Of a stretch of 64,000 nt of DNA, positions 1 through 10,378 are shown piece by piece. Location of the stretch: contig CBDCTH010000012.1 in assembly GCA_965222155.1 (NCBI GenBank), forward strand, positions 1,856,001 to 1,920,000, written 5' to 3'. Position 1 is the stretch's first letter, and every line of letters starts with the position of its first letter. Origin of the DNA: Gammaproteobacteria bacterium. Its GTDB lineage: Bacteria; Pseudomonadota; Gammaproteobacteria; Eutrophobiales; Eutrophobiaceae. The notes beneath the pieces are model-generated. The model saw only the letters and a program-made list of their open reading frames with translations, was not told where the DNA came from and searched no databases. The translations under genes and the position numbers were made by a program.

Positions 1-742
1 TCCGTGCATAATCCTCATCGTCAAATTTGTCCGGAATGGAAGCCTGCGGCAAAATATTCTCGCGCAGGTGGCGTGTCAGACCATCCACAGAGCTGGTGGC
101 ATCATGAACGACCTGCGCCACCTGATCGTGCTGTTTTCCTCCAGACCAGTCGCGACCCAGTCCCGGCAGACTGTCTTTATAAAACGCTGTTGTACGTTCG
201 AGGATCTCTACGGCACGTTGTGTTCTTTCCCTGCTGCCATTTTGCAGTCTGTCTATTCCGAGTTCACACAATGATTGCACACCCTGAAGTCGTTGCACGG
301 TAGCGTGCAGTTTTTCTTCAGGGGTCAGCTGTTCCCTTACCACGATATAGGTCAAGGCCTGGGAAATTAACTCAGCGTACCAGATGGGTTGATTTGCCAG
401 CACCAGGTCATGCTGCCAACGCTCCAGTTCCAGCTTTATTTGACGGCGTAATACCCGTTCGTCAATACGCTCGTTTACGGACAGGTTTAAGAGAGAGTCG
501 ATGTCTGTCAGGGTGTCATGATTATAGGCAATCCATTCTGCAACCCGCTCGGTGGAAAAGTTTTCAAATTCCCATGCTGCCGATCTGAGCCCGTTACTGA
601 AAGCCTCGCTGGGGTAAAACGCGGCCCACCTTTTTATATAGGATTCAGATAAGGCATCCAGTTTTGAGCCTGCCTGCACCATCCCGGTGGACAAACAAAA
701 AACTAGTGCCAGTGCGCATGAGAATATTTTTGATCCGGTCAT
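1..742 (-). CDS. Secreted protein, DUF885-like (partial, runs off left edge)
   Basis: Not in ORF track; manual translation from ATG 742 (MTGSKIFSCALALVFCLSTGMVQA-GSKLDALSESYIKRWAAFYPSEA...) stays open to the window edge; signal peptide; helical composition reminiscent of DUF885. Confidence 0.65.
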   Translation of the reverse strand, partial: MTGSKIFSCALALVFCLSTGMVQAGSKLDALSESYIKRWAAFYPSEAFSNGLRSAAWEFENFSTERVAEWIAYNHDTLTDIDSLLNLSVNERIDERVLRRQIKLELERWQHDLVLANQPIWYAELISQALTYIVVREQLTPEEKLHATVQRLQGVQSLCELGIDRLQNGSRERTQRAVEILERTTAFYKDSLPGLGRDWSGGKQHDQVAQVVHDATSSVDGLTRHLRENILPQASIPDKFDDEDYAR

Positions 743-784
743 TTATCAGGACTGTTATACGGAAAGTTTATTGTTGTCATTCAG

Positions 785-2038
785 TCAACCCTGCGCCGGT
801 TTTTCCCAGTCAGGATACTTGCCCAGGAAGGCGGCCAGAATGACGGCCAGGATATTGATCCCCACGCAAATCGTCAGGATACCTACATAAGAGCCGGTGG
901 TATCGTAACCGATACCGAACGCGAGCGGTCCAATGGCCGTGCCTACCAATACGGCAGAGAACAGGAAGCCGTAGGTCGCGCCGAATGATTTCAGGCCGAA
1001 ATAACGTCCGGTCAGGTAGGCCAGCAAGTCCACTTCCGCGCCCAGGCTCAGCCCCACGCAGATGGCGCCGACGAATGCCATGGTATCCACCGCACCCAGC
1101 GCAAAGATGGCGATGCCGACTGCAGATAAACTGAAAAACACCATGGCGACGTAAGGCGCAAAGAAGCGATCGATCAGGTAGCCGATGACGATACGGCTGA
1201 AGAATACCGTGATGCCCTCCGTTGCCGCCACGGCAGCCGCGGTGCCGGTATCCATCCCCCGGTCCGAAAGCATAGGCACCAGGTGAGCCAGCATGCCGTT
1301 CAGTACGAACGACAGGACTATGAAGATCGAAACCAGCATCCAGAATTCACGATGTCTCAGGATTTCCTTCACCTCCAGTCCCACGTCTTTCCTGGTTGCT
1401 TCAGGCGGCTTGCCGGATACTTGTCCGTCAGGCATTAAACCCATCTCCGCGGGCGATTCTCTCAGGAAAAAGTAAACCAGCGGCAAGGCGATGAACAGGA
1501 CTATTGCGCTCAAGGCATAGTAGCCGTAACGCCAACCTGCGTTATCAACCAGGTACTGAATAAGCAACGGTACATAGGCATAACCCAAACCGATGCCGGC
1601 GATGGAAATGCCGATAGCAAGGCCGCGATATTTAAAAAACCAGGCGGATAATACAGGCATGTAAGGCACACTGTTTGTGCCCGCAGCGATAGTGCCGATG
1701 AGGAAAAAAATCAGCACCAGGTGCCAGAGTTCCGAGACAAAAGCGGGTATGGCCGCCAGGCACAGCGCGAATATGACCAGGGAAGGGAATAAAATGACTC
1801 GCGACCCCTTTTTATCCACATAGCGACCGATGATAGGAAGAGAAACGGCGGTTGCCGCAACCAGCAAGGTCAGACAGGCGCTGATCTGGGTCCGCTCCCA
1901 GCCGAATTCCGCTTCGAACGGGAGAATGAACAAACCCAGTGCGGCAAAAGCAAAGGGACCGGGGCCGGTAGAAATGCACAACATGGCTGCCCCGACTACA
2001 AACCAGCCGAAAAATATACCCTGTTTTTGTTGCTTCAT
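785..2038 (-). CDS. MFS transporter (monocarboxylate/OFA-like)
   Basis: 417 aa, ~12 hydrophobic segments, motif A variants GRYVDKKGSR and GYLIDRF. Confidence 0.9.
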   Translation of the reverse strand: MKQQKQGIFFGWFVVGAAMLCISTGPGPFAFAALGLFILPFEAEFGWERTQISACLTLLVAATAVSLPIIGRYVDKKGSRVILFPSLVIFALCLAAIPAFVSELWHLVLIFFLIGTIAAGTNSVPYMPVLSAWFFKYRGLAIGISIAGIGLGYAYVPLLIQYLVDNAGWRYGYYALSAIVLFIALPLVYFFLRESPAEMGLMPDGQVSGKPPEATRKDVGLEVKEILRHREFWMLVSIFIVLSFVLNGMLAHLVPMLSDRGMDTGTAAAVAATEGITVFFSRIVIGYLIDRFFAPYVAMVFFSLSAVGIAIFALGAVDTMAFVGAICVGLSLGAEVDLLAYLTGRYFGLKSFGATYGFLFSAVLVGTAIGPLAFGIGYDTTGSYVGILTICVGINILAVILAAFLGKYPDWEKPAQG

Positions 2039-2054
2039 GCTTTTTGTCTCCGTT

Positions 2055-3269
2055 CTATGGAGTTTCTGTAATACCGGCGAGTATCAGGTTTGGCAACCGG
2101 GTATCATTCCATTCCCAGGCAAGTACGCCGGTCCTGACGATAACCAGTTCTGCTGACGGAATCACGTATACCCGTTGTCCCCCCAGGCCGTCGAAATAGA
2201 TGATGTCCCCCGCATCAAATGGAGTTTCCGCAACCGCGGCAAATCCCTCGAAGGCTTCCAGGGTACGCTCCTCCACGTAGTCCGTCCCGATCCAGATCAG
2301 TAAACCGTAACGGGGATTTGTCGGTGAGGGTGTGGTCATCTCTACCAGCCAGTCTTCGGGGATGATCTGCATGCCGTTTGCCCAACCCTTGTTGATCAAC
2401 AGGTGTCCGATGCGTAACCAGTCCATCGGTTTTGCATACAATGAGGTAGCGCCCCGCGCCAATCCTCCGGGGTGATCCAGCCAGACGCCGGCGTCTTCAT
2501 TGCCCACCGGCTGCCACAGCTTCCCGGACAGGTAAGCCGCGTAGCGCTGACCCGTTGACCGCTCCAACACCATGACCAGTAAGGTCGGGTTAACGCCGTT
2601 GTAGCTGAATACGCTGCCCGGTTCGTCGTGCAGGAGAAAACTCAAGGCAGTGCCGGTGAGGTCAGTCCCGATCTGCCGCTTGACGTGTTTTGAAAAGGGA
2701 TTTACCGGAAAACTCATGGGCTCAAGACCGCTGTTCATCTGCAGGGCGTGGCGCAGGGTGATCCGTTCACGCGGGTCGCCGCGCCATTCCGGTATATACT
2801 TTGCCAGCGGATCATCGATACCGGCAATTTGACCCTCATCAATAGCTATGCCGAGCAACAGGGCGACAATGCTCTTGTGCATGGAAAAAGAGTAGACAAC
2901 CTGGTCGGCGCCCTTCCCCTTCCAGTACCTTTCCAGCTGTATGACCCCCCTGTGGGAAACAATAAGCGAGGTTGAACCACTCGCCTCCGCAAAGGCCACC
3001 GCCTCATCCAGGGCTGTGGATGAAATCGCCCGGGATGCCGCTTCAGCATGGGGAAAAGTAACAGGAGTTTGCGCACCGGGCACTGTTTCCTGCGGATATA
3101 ACCGATCCACGGTCGGGAACGGATTCTCTACGAACGTATTGAACGTGTAAGCACGCAGGTAGCGATCCCAGTACAACACGTCGGAAAATATCCCCAAGAT
3201 TAATATAAGCAGTAATCCGGTTGCGACCATCAGGCTGGCCTGAAACAACTGTTTGTCGGTTTTTTTCAT
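2055..3269 (-). CDS. Serine hydrolase, beta-lactamase class C / NylB-like, membrane-anchored
   Basis: SxxK (SMHK), FSYN, LQMNSGL, DGLGGQ motifs; N-terminal TM helix. Confidence 0.85.
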   Translation of the reverse strand: MKKTDKQLFQASLMVATGLLLILILGIFSDVLYWDRYLRAYTFNTFVENPFPTVDRLYPQETVPGAQTPVTFPHAEAASRAISSTALDEAVAFAEASGSTSLIVSHRGVIQLERYWKGKGADQVVYSFSMHKSIVALLLGIAIDEGQIAGIDDPLAKYIPEWRGDPRERITLRHALQMNSGLEPMSFPVNPFSKHVKRQIGTDLTGTALSFLLHDEPGSVFSYNGVNPTLLVMVLERSTGQRYAAYLSGKLWQPVGNEDAGVWLDHPGGLARGATSLYAKPMDWLRIGHLLINKGWANGMQIIPEDWLVEMTTPSPTNPRYGLLIWIGTDYVEERTLEAFEGFAAVAETPFDAGDIIYFDGLGGQRVYVIPSAELVIVRTGVLAWEWNDTRLPNLILAGITETP

Positions 3270-3387
3270 GTTATGAGTGTGCCAATCAGGTATATATCCG
3301 CCTGATATATTACACGGATATTGTCAACAAAGGTGTGTTGTCAGCAAAGGTGTTGCATGTGGCGGTCCCACGCACTAAAATGATTTC

Positions 3388-3768
3388 ATGAGTGAAGCTA
3401 TCGCATTTGATACCCATAGATTCGTCAAAAATCTGACAGAAAGTGGCTTTACTGAAAAACAGGCAGAGGCTCTTGCAAATGAGCAGGTCCACCTGCTCAA
3501 CAGCAACCTGGCAACTAAGGCTGATATTATGGCAGTCAAGGCTGATATTATGGCAGTCAAGGCTGATATTCAAACCACCAATGCCAGGATTGAGACTGTT
3601 CACGCCGGACTCAAGGCTGATATTCAAGCCGCCAATGCTAGGATTGAGACTGTTCACGCCGGACTCAAGGCTGATATTCAAGCCGCCAAAGTCGACCTGT
3701 TGAAGTGGATAGTTACGGCAATAATTGCCCAGGCTGGTCTGGTTGTTGCCCTCATCAAACTGTTATAA
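3388..3768 (+). CDS. DUF1640/CCDC90-like coiled-coil membrane protein
   Basis: FDTHRFVKNLTESGFTEKQAEAL head, ATKADI coiled-coil repeats, C-terminal TM helix. Confidence 0.85.
   Translation: MSEAIAFDTHRFVKNLTESGFTEKQAEALANEQVHLLNSNLATKADIMAVKADIMAVKADIQTTNARIETVHAGLKADIQAANARIETVHAGLKADIQAAKVDLLKWIVTAIIAQAGLVVALIKLL
3517..3689 (+). repeat. Intragenic in-frame tandem repeats (2 x 21 bp, 2 x 54 bp, plus partial)
   Basis: AAGGCTGATATTATGGCAGTC at 3517 and 3538; 54-bp units at 3559 and 3613; all start AAGGCTGATATT. Confidence 0.9.
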
Positions 3769-3846
3769 CACCGTCTCAAGGTTATCGTCGGGATGCGTAT
3801 CCGGATGCCTGAACAGTGAACCTGCACGGTTCAGCAAGGCTTGGTC

Positions 3847-4650
3847 ATGACATATCAAACCATTGAGGTGGCCCCGCTGACACCCCGGATCGGGGCAATC
3901 GTAACAGGTATCAACCTGGCAGAGTCGCTGGCTGATGCCCAGCTTGAGGACTTGCACAATGCGCTGGCCGCGCACCTGGTGATTTTCTTTCGCGACCAGG
4001 CCCTGGACCCCGCCTCATTGAAACGGGTCGGACTCTACTTCGGACCCTTGCAAAAGCACGCCCTCAAAGGTCTGCCCGACCATCCGGAAGTACGCAAGCT
4101 GCATGCGGATGAGAATTCCAGGCACGTATCCGGTGAAGAATGGCATACCGATATGTCCTGTGTGGAAGTCCCGCCCATGGGCAGCATTCTCTACCTCCAC
4201 ACGTTGCCGCCGATGGGCGGCGATACGGTCTTCTCCAGCATGTATGCGGCGTATGACGCGCTTTCAGATGGAATGAAGGATTACCTGGAAGGACTGACCG
4301 CCACCCATGACGGTATGCTGGCCTTTGGTCGGTTTGATCCCCACGGCAAGTATCCTAAAGCCGTGCATCCGATTATCCGGGTACACCCCGTCACCAAGCG
4401 CAAAGTCATTTACGTGAATCGCGGTTTTACCAGCCATATCAATGAACTGAGTGAGCGCGAGGGCCGCCATATTCTCGAATTCCTGTACCAGCAGATTGAA
4501 GACCCCTACTTCCACGTCAGGTTTCGATGGAAACCCCATTCAGTGGCATTCTGGGATAACCGCTGTACCCAACACCTGGCAATCTGGGATTACTTTCCCA
4601 ACGTCCGCTCGGGTCTCCGGGTACAGGTAGAGGACAGACGGCCAATCTGA
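3847..4650 (+). CDS. TauD/TfdA family Fe(II)/2-oxoglutarate dioxygenase
   Basis: WHTD (HxD), GGDT, WDNRCTQH motifs. Confidence 0.92.
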   Translation: MTYQTIEVAPLTPRIGAIVTGINLAESLADAQLEDLHNALAAHLVIFFRDQALDPASLKRVGLYFGPLQKHALKGLPDHPEVRKLHADENSRHVSGEEWHTDMSCVEVPPMGSILYLHTLPPMGGDTVFSSMYAAYDALSDGMKDYLEGLTATHDGMLAFGRFDPHGKYPKAVHPIIRVHPVTKRKVIYVNRGFTSHINELSEREGRHILEFLYQQIEDPYFHVRFRWKPHSVAFWDNRCTQHLAIWDYFPNVRSGLRVQVEDRRPI

Positions 4651-4662
4651 GAGGAGACAGCA

Positions 4663-6009
4663 ATGGCATTTAAAGATATGCGCGACTTCCTCAACCACCT
4701 GGAGGAAAGCGGTAGGCTGGTCCGAATTCAGGATGAGGTAGCGCTCGAATACGAACTGGCGGCTTACCTGCGCAAGGCCTCGGATATGGGTGATGATGGC
4801 CCGGCCCTGCTGTTTGAGAAGGTCAAAGGACATGACTTCCGGGTTGCCGGGGGGCTTTATGCAAACCGGCAACTGATGCTGGAGGCCCTGGAAACCACCG
4901 AGCAGGAAGCCAACGCCAAATATCTCAATGCCATAGACAACCTGAAGGAACATACATTACTCGACCGGGGGCCCTGCAATGAAATGATCCGCCTGGGCGA
5001 CGAGGCAGACCTGACTGCGCTCCCCATTCCAACCTATTGCGAACTGGACGGGGGTCCATTTATCACCCTGGGCATCGCTATCAGCAAGGATCCCGAGGAC
5101 GGCGGCAAGAATGCCTCCATCTATCGCCATCAACTGCTGGGCAAACGCCGCCTGGGAGTGCTGTCACCACCGCCCCATCACCTGGGCGTGCATTACAAAA
5201 AAGCCGAAGCGCTGGGTAAACCGCTGGAGCTTGCGATTGCGCTGGGGGTCGCCCCCAGTACATTAATCGCAACTCAATGGGAAGCGGGCTACGGTGTTGA
5301 TGAACTGACCCTGGCGGGAGCGTTCCTGGAAGAACCCCTGGAGGTCGTCAAATGTCAGACACTGGACCTGGAAGTACCCGCGAGCGCGGAGATTATCATA
5401 GAGGGGAAGATGCTTCCCGGAGTACAAGAGCATGAAGGTCCCTTTGGTGAATACACCGGCTACTATACTCAGGGCTCATCTAAACCCGTGCTGGAAGTCA
5501 GCGCAATAACCCATCGCCACGACCCCATCCTGCTCGCCGGAATGAGTGGTGTGCCGACGACGGACAACCACGTACTGAAAATGATACCCATGGAGGCTTC
5601 CTGCTACGCCATGCTGAAACGCAAGTTTGCCGGCATCAAGCGTGTTCATTTTCACGGCGCCGGAGGTGTGGGACTGATGTGCGTCGTCGCCATGAAGCAA
5701 TATGCCAGGAATGAGGCCAGGCAAGTACTGGCAACCCTGCTGGGTTCCCAGGGCAGCAAACTGGCCGTGGTCGTGGACGAAGACATCGACATCCACGACA
5801 TGGACAAGGTGATGTGGGCGATATGCACCCGGGTACAGGCGCAAAAAGACGTCATGATTCTGCCGCAGATGACCCTCTGGCAGTTGGACCCTTCAGCACC
5901 GGACGACGGCAGCTATTCCGTCATGGGCATTGATGCAACCCGGCCATTCGGTGAAGACTTTGAACAAGTGGCGCTGGTTCCGGACGTAGATAAGGTCCCC
6001 GATTTTTAG
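4663..6009 (+). CDS. UbiD family (de)carboxylase
   Basis: NASIYR, EGPFGEYTGYY, VVVDEDIDI, GIDAT; RBS GAGGAG; 12 nt after tauD-like gene. Confidence 0.92.
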   Translation: MAFKDMRDFLNHLEESGRLVRIQDEVALEYELAAYLRKASDMGDDGPALLFEKVKGHDFRVAGGLYANRQLMLEALETTEQEANAKYLNAIDNLKEHTLLDRGPCNEMIRLGDEADLTALPIPTYCELDGGPFITLGIAISKDPEDGGKNASIYRHQLLGKRRLGVLSPPPHHLGVHYKKAEALGKPLELAIALGVAPSTLIATQWEAGYGVDELTLAGAFLEEPLEVVKCQTLDLEVPASAEIIIEGKMLPGVQEHEGPFGEYTGYYTQGSSKPVLEVSAITHRHDPILLAGMSGVPTTDNHVLKMIPMEASCYAMLKRKFAGIKRVHFHGAGGVGLMCVVAMKQYARNEARQVLATLLGSQGSKLAVVVDEDIDIHDMDKVMWAICTRVQAQKDVMILPQMTLWQLDPSAPDDGSYSVMGIDATRPFGEDFEQVALVPDVDKVPDF

Positions 6010-6073
6010 GCAGTTGTTTCCGCTGACCGGGTTTTGGGGACTGTTTTTCCTTCCTGTGGAGTTAGATCGGCTA

Positions 6074-7672
6074 TTACGTGTACTTTTCGAATACCGATTG
6101 CATTTTTTCCATCATTGCCGGATCCGGAGCCGGTTGAGTATATGATTCGCCGATATCCCGGGTCGCCAATATGCCCAGTTTCGTCACCCGCCAGTGCTGG
6201 TCAATCTCCGGGTCCATCTCCCAGGTCGGCATCTGTGGTGAGACAATGTAATCCTCGGGTCGGCGACCGGCGCGGGTTGCCTTGGCCCACTCTACCTGCT
6301 CACTGTTATGGGGGTCGATGTCATCATCCACGACCGTCACAAACTTGAAATACTGGGTTGCCAGCAGGTACTGGAGCACCTGCCGATCCTCACCTTCATA
6401 GGTCTTCTTCATCGAGACAACCGCGTGAAACCCATGGGAGCCGGCAAAAATACCGATATCCACCACGTGAGGAAACTGTTTTTTAATCTGTTCCAGGCCC
6501 ATTTGCTCATAACCGAAAAAAGCCCAGATACAACCCACCCGATGTTCTTCGGAATTACCTGACATACAGGTATGAAAAATGGGATTTTTCCTGCAGGTAA
6601 TCGCAGTGACTTCCATATAGGGAATTGCCTCAACGACGGTGCCCGAATAATCGGTAAACTCCATCATGGGTCCTTCATCTATCTTGTTATCCGGAGGAGG
6701 AGGCGATAATCCTTCAATCACGATCTCCGTGTTCGCCGGTACTTCGAGGTCGATGGTCTTGCATTTCACCAGTTCCAGAGGCTTGTTTCGGATCACGCCG
6801 GTCATGTCGAACTCACTGTACGGGGGTTCCATCCAATAATGCGGTGATGAGTAGGTCGATAATATCTGCGTAACCGGATCCGGGCCGAGGCATATCGCCA
6901 TGGGACACGGCTCGCCTTTGTCATGATACTTTTGAATGATCTTCCCGCCTGGCGTTTGCGTGCCGATCTGCACGCCTACCTGGTTGGGCGCATAGCGTTC
7001 ATGACTCACCATGTGCCGCCTGACACCGATATTAAGCAAGCCGTTATCCGGATCTTTTTGTACCAGACCTCCCGGGGTAATATATGGACCGGCGTCTTCT
7101 TTCAAGTGCCAGACCACAGGCAACAAGCCCAGGACGTCGATATTCTCTCTGATTACGACTTCCTGGCAAGGCGCGTTATCCACCATAACGTAAGGCTTCT
7201 CCTTGTTATAGGCTCTGCGGTCGGTATCCGTCAGTAACTCCTTGATCAGGATCAGTTCGGCCCGGGAGCGCGGGTCCATGGAAAAACCATTCATCTTGCG
7301 ACCGGACATCCCGGCCAGTGAACCGGGACTGCCGCGAGGATCGTCATAGTATTTTTTTACCTGCTCCTCTGTAGGCACTATACCCAGGGCCATAGCAGTC
7401 CGGTGTATGGTGCCATACAGGTTTGCTACGACCGGCATATCGAAACCCTTGACGTTTTCAAATAATACCGCTTTGTTCGACCCGTTTTCACTATGCTGGA
7501 CAATGGCGGATAGTTCAAAATTCCGTGGGTCGACTTCCTCCTTGACTACGATGATCTCATCGGTTTCCCGCAACCACTCGATGAACTCGCGCATGTCATC
7601 CCGCACTGTTTCAGGATGATGGCTGTTTTCAATTTCCGTGTTGCGCGTTTGATTTTTTTGCTCGTTATTCAT
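6074..7672 (-). CDS. UbiD family (de)carboxylase, divergent
   Basis: DMREFIEWL, EIVIEG, DEGPMMEFTDY, VVDDDIDP; start taken at ATG 7672 after GGGGGAG. Confidence 0.85.
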   Translation of the reverse strand: MNNEQKNQTRNTEIENSHHPETVRDDMREFIEWLRETDEIIVVKEEVDPRNFELSAIVQHSENGSNKAVLFENVKGFDMPVVANLYGTIHRTAMALGIVPTEEQVKKYYDDPRGSPGSLAGMSGRKMNGFSMDPRSRAELILIKELLTDTDRRAYNKEKPYVMVDNAPCQEVVIRENIDVLGLLPVVWHLKEDAGPYITPGGLVQKDPDNGLLNIGVRRHMVSHERYAPNQVGVQIGTQTPGGKIIQKYHDKGEPCPMAICLGPDPVTQILSTYSSPHYWMEPPYSEFDMTGVIRNKPLELVKCKTIDLEVPANTEIVIEGLSPPPPDNKIDEGPMMEFTDYSGTVVEAIPYMEVTAITCRKNPIFHTCMSGNSEEHRVGCIWAFFGYEQMGLEQIKKQFPHVVDIGIFAGSHGFHAVVSMKKTYEGEDRQVLQYLLATQYFKFVTVVDDDIDPHNSEQVEWAKATRAGRRPEDYIVSPQMPTWEMDPEIDQHWRVTKLGILATRDIGESYTQPAPDPAMMEKMQSVFEKYT

Positions 7673-7699
7673 CAATATTCTCCCCCAACCGTTCAATTA

Positions 7700-7940
7700 G
7701 CATGTACCAGCAGACCTTCTTGCCGATGATTTTTACAGTTTAATCATCTATGATTTGATTTACAATTTCAAAAAATACTACATCTACTTGTGTAAAAACA
7801 TAATAATTTTTTTTAAGAAAATATTGTATCAATTTGATATTTATGTCATTTACTAAAAAATACTATAATAGTGATTGAACTTTTATTATTTACAATTTTG
7901 TATATAATCCCTAATTGTATATTCCATTATCGGGGGAAAA
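7700..7940. promoter_or_regulatory. AT-rich divergent promoter region between ubiD-like gene and TonB receptor
   Basis: Very AT-rich spacer with TATAAT hexamers; genes diverge from it. Confidence 0.55.
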
Positions 7941-7942
7941 CC

Positions 7943-10327
7943 ATGCGGAATTTCAGTAAATTTCTAATCTGTGCAGTGATCCCTGTTCTTGCTCCGGCTG
8001 ACGTTTACGCCCAGACAAGCATTGAAGAAATAGTCGTTACCGCAACTAAACGGGGAGAAGTATCCGTACAGGACATAGCAGGTGGAATCACCGCTATCAC
8101 CGGCGATACTATTGATAAATATGACCTGCGTTCCCTGGAAGATTTTTCCCGTCTGGAACCCGGGCTGCAATATGCCACCCAGGGTGTCGGTGATACCCAG
8201 TTGATCATCCGCGGTATTTCATCTCCAGGCGACAGCACCGTAGGCGTCTATTTTGATGAGTCCCCGATCACCGGCGGCAATTTTCAGGACGGCGGCGGCC
8301 GCACCCCTGATATCGGCGCCTATGACATTGCCCGCATCGAGGTGCTGAAAGGCCCGCAGGGTACATTATTCGGCGCCAGTTCCATGAGTGGCGCGGTAAG
8401 AATTATCACAAACAAGCCGGATGCCTCCGGTTTCAATATGAATATTTCCACGGGGTTTGAGTCGGTCGAGCATGGTGATGAGGGTTACTCGATCAACGCC
8501 GCGGTCAACGTTCCGCTGGTCGCGGACACCCTGGCCCTGCGCCTGGTGGGCTGGCAAAAGGAACGGGGTGGGTATATCGACCAGTCCGCCGGACTGAACG
8601 GCGTCACTGAACTGGACGACGTGAATGATTCGGAAATCACCGGCGGCCGCATTATGGGGCGCTGGACGCCGAATGAGAACCTGACCGTTGATGCATTTTA
8701 CCAATTGCAGGAAACCGAGGTAGATGGCGCCCAGCACTATGCGCCCGTTGCCAGTGGCCTGCTCACGCCGACCCAGGTGATCGTTGTGCCGTTCCCGCAT
8801 TTTATCCCGGCGTTTGAGGGTTCTTTCGGTGATCTGAAGACTTCAACCGCCCACCAGGAACCCTATGGTGACGACATCGATATGTACGGTTTTACTATAG
8901 ATTATGACCTGGGGTTCGGTTCGATTCTCGGTACCATTTCGAAATTCGAGCGTGACATTGAATTCCTGGAAGACACCTCGGCTACCGCCATGTCATTCGG
9001 CTTCCCACCGGCTTTCGGCCCTCCACTCGGTTCCTACGGTATTCACCAGTTTCAGGACCGCGACGTATTCAATGCCGAAATCCGTTTCAGCTCGGACCTG
9101 GACGGGCCCATCAACTTTGTCGGCGGTTTCTTCTATGAAGACGATGAGACGTATTCCGAACTGGATATCCTGGCCGGGGATATCGTGACCGGCATTCCCG
9201 TATGCAATAGCAGGGACGAATGCATTACCGACCCGGCGCTGGCAGCGGCTTCCCTGGCATTCGCCCGCAGCCAGGATATCAATTTTGAATTCTTTGCGGT
9301 ATTCGGCCACGTCGATTACGAAATAACTGAGCAAATCACCCTGGGCGGCGGGGTCCGGTATTTCGATTCGGAACAGGAAAACCTGGAACAGACCCTGCAG
9401 GCCTTTCAGGGCAGTATCGCTTTCACCATCCCGCCATTATTCGGTGGGCCGATCCAGACCACACCGTTCGTCACCGTCGATAGTACAGCAAAGGAAGATG
9501 AGGTTACCTGGGATGCGAGCCTGTCCTACTCGCCGACTGACAACCAGATGTACTATGTCCGCGCAGCAACCGGATTCAGGCAAGGCGGGATCAACGACGC
9601 CTCGACAGCCTCTGTTTTCGGCATCAGCATCCCTGCTTCGTTCATTTCAGACCAAGTCCTCAGTATTGAAGTTGGCGCCAAGACCGCCTGGTCCGATGAT
9701 CGGGTAACCCTCAATGCGACTTATTTCAAGATGTTCTGGGACGATATGCAGGTGCCGGGCGTTGAACCTACCGGCGCCGTTGAATTCATTTCTAATGCAG
9801 CAAAAGCGGAAGTGGACGGGGTTGAGATTGAACTGGCGGCACGACCGACGGATCAATTTTTGCTGCACCTGGGCGCCACCTGGATTAATGCGGAACTGAC
9901 GGAAGACCAAATCATAGATCCGGGCCTGGCCGCGCCGGGGTTTACCCCACCCCTGGGTGTGGATGGCGACAACATACCCAAAGTACCCGACTGGGCTTTC
10001 TCCGGGACTATGGAATATTCGTTTCCGCTGACCATGCTGGGTAACGTCGAAGGGTCGTTGCGCGGTAATTTTTCCTACACGGGGGAATCGGATACCTTCT
10101 TCAATGACAACTTCCCCGGCTTTGTTGAGATCGGTGATTATTTCCTGTTGAACCTCAGCGCAAATTTCCAGCATAACAACTGGGGGCTGCGCTTCTTCGT
10201 GGATAACCTGACCGACGAACGGGCAAAAGTTGATATAGACGGCTCCTGGGGACCGGATACGTACAGGCTCTTCACCGTGAGGCCGCGCACTTTCGGCGCA
10301 CAGGTAAGCTGGGCTTACGGACAATAG
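7943..10327 (+). CDS. TonB-dependent receptor
   Basis: Signal peptide, TonB box EEIVVTATKR, plug RIEVLKGPQGTLFG, C-terminal PRTFGAQVSW. Confidence 0.95.
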   Translation: MRNFSKFLICAVIPVLAPADVYAQTSIEEIVVTATKRGEVSVQDIAGGITAITGDTIDKYDLRSLEDFSRLEPGLQYATQGVGDTQLIIRGISSPGDSTVGVYFDESPITGGNFQDGGGRTPDIGAYDIARIEVLKGPQGTLFGASSMSGAVRIITNKPDASGFNMNISTGFESVEHGDEGYSINAAVNVPLVADTLALRLVGWQKERGGYIDQSAGLNGVTELDDVNDSEITGGRIMGRWTPNENLTVDAFYQLQETEVDGAQHYAPVASGLLTPTQVIVVPFPHFIPAFEGSFGDLKTSTAHQEPYGDDIDMYGFTIDYDLGFGSILGTISKFERDIEFLEDTSATAMSFGFPPAFGPPLGSYGIHQFQDRDVFNAEIRFSSDLDGPINFVGGFFYEDDETYSELDILAGDIVTGIPVCNSRDECITDPALAAASLAFARSQDINFEFFAVFGHVDYEITEQITLGGGVRYFDSEQENLEQTLQAFQGSIAFTIPPLFGGPIQTTPFVTVDSTAKEDEVTWDASLSYSPTDNQMYYVRAATGFRQGGINDASTASVFGISIPASFISDQVLSIEVGAKTAWSDDRVTLNATYFKMFWDDMQVPGVEPTGAVEFISNAAKAEVDGVEIELAARPTDQFLLHLGATWINAELTEDQIIDPGLAAPGFTPPLGVDGDNIPKVPDWAFSGTMEYSFPLTMLGNVEGSLRGNFSYTGESDTFFNDNFPGFVEIGDYFLLNLSANFQHNNWGLRFFVDNLTDERAKVDIDGSWGPDTYRLFTVRPRTFGAQVSWAYGQ

Positions 10328-10378
10328 TTCTGCCGTATTTATTGATGCCAATCGTATATTCCGGCAAAATTCCTGACC

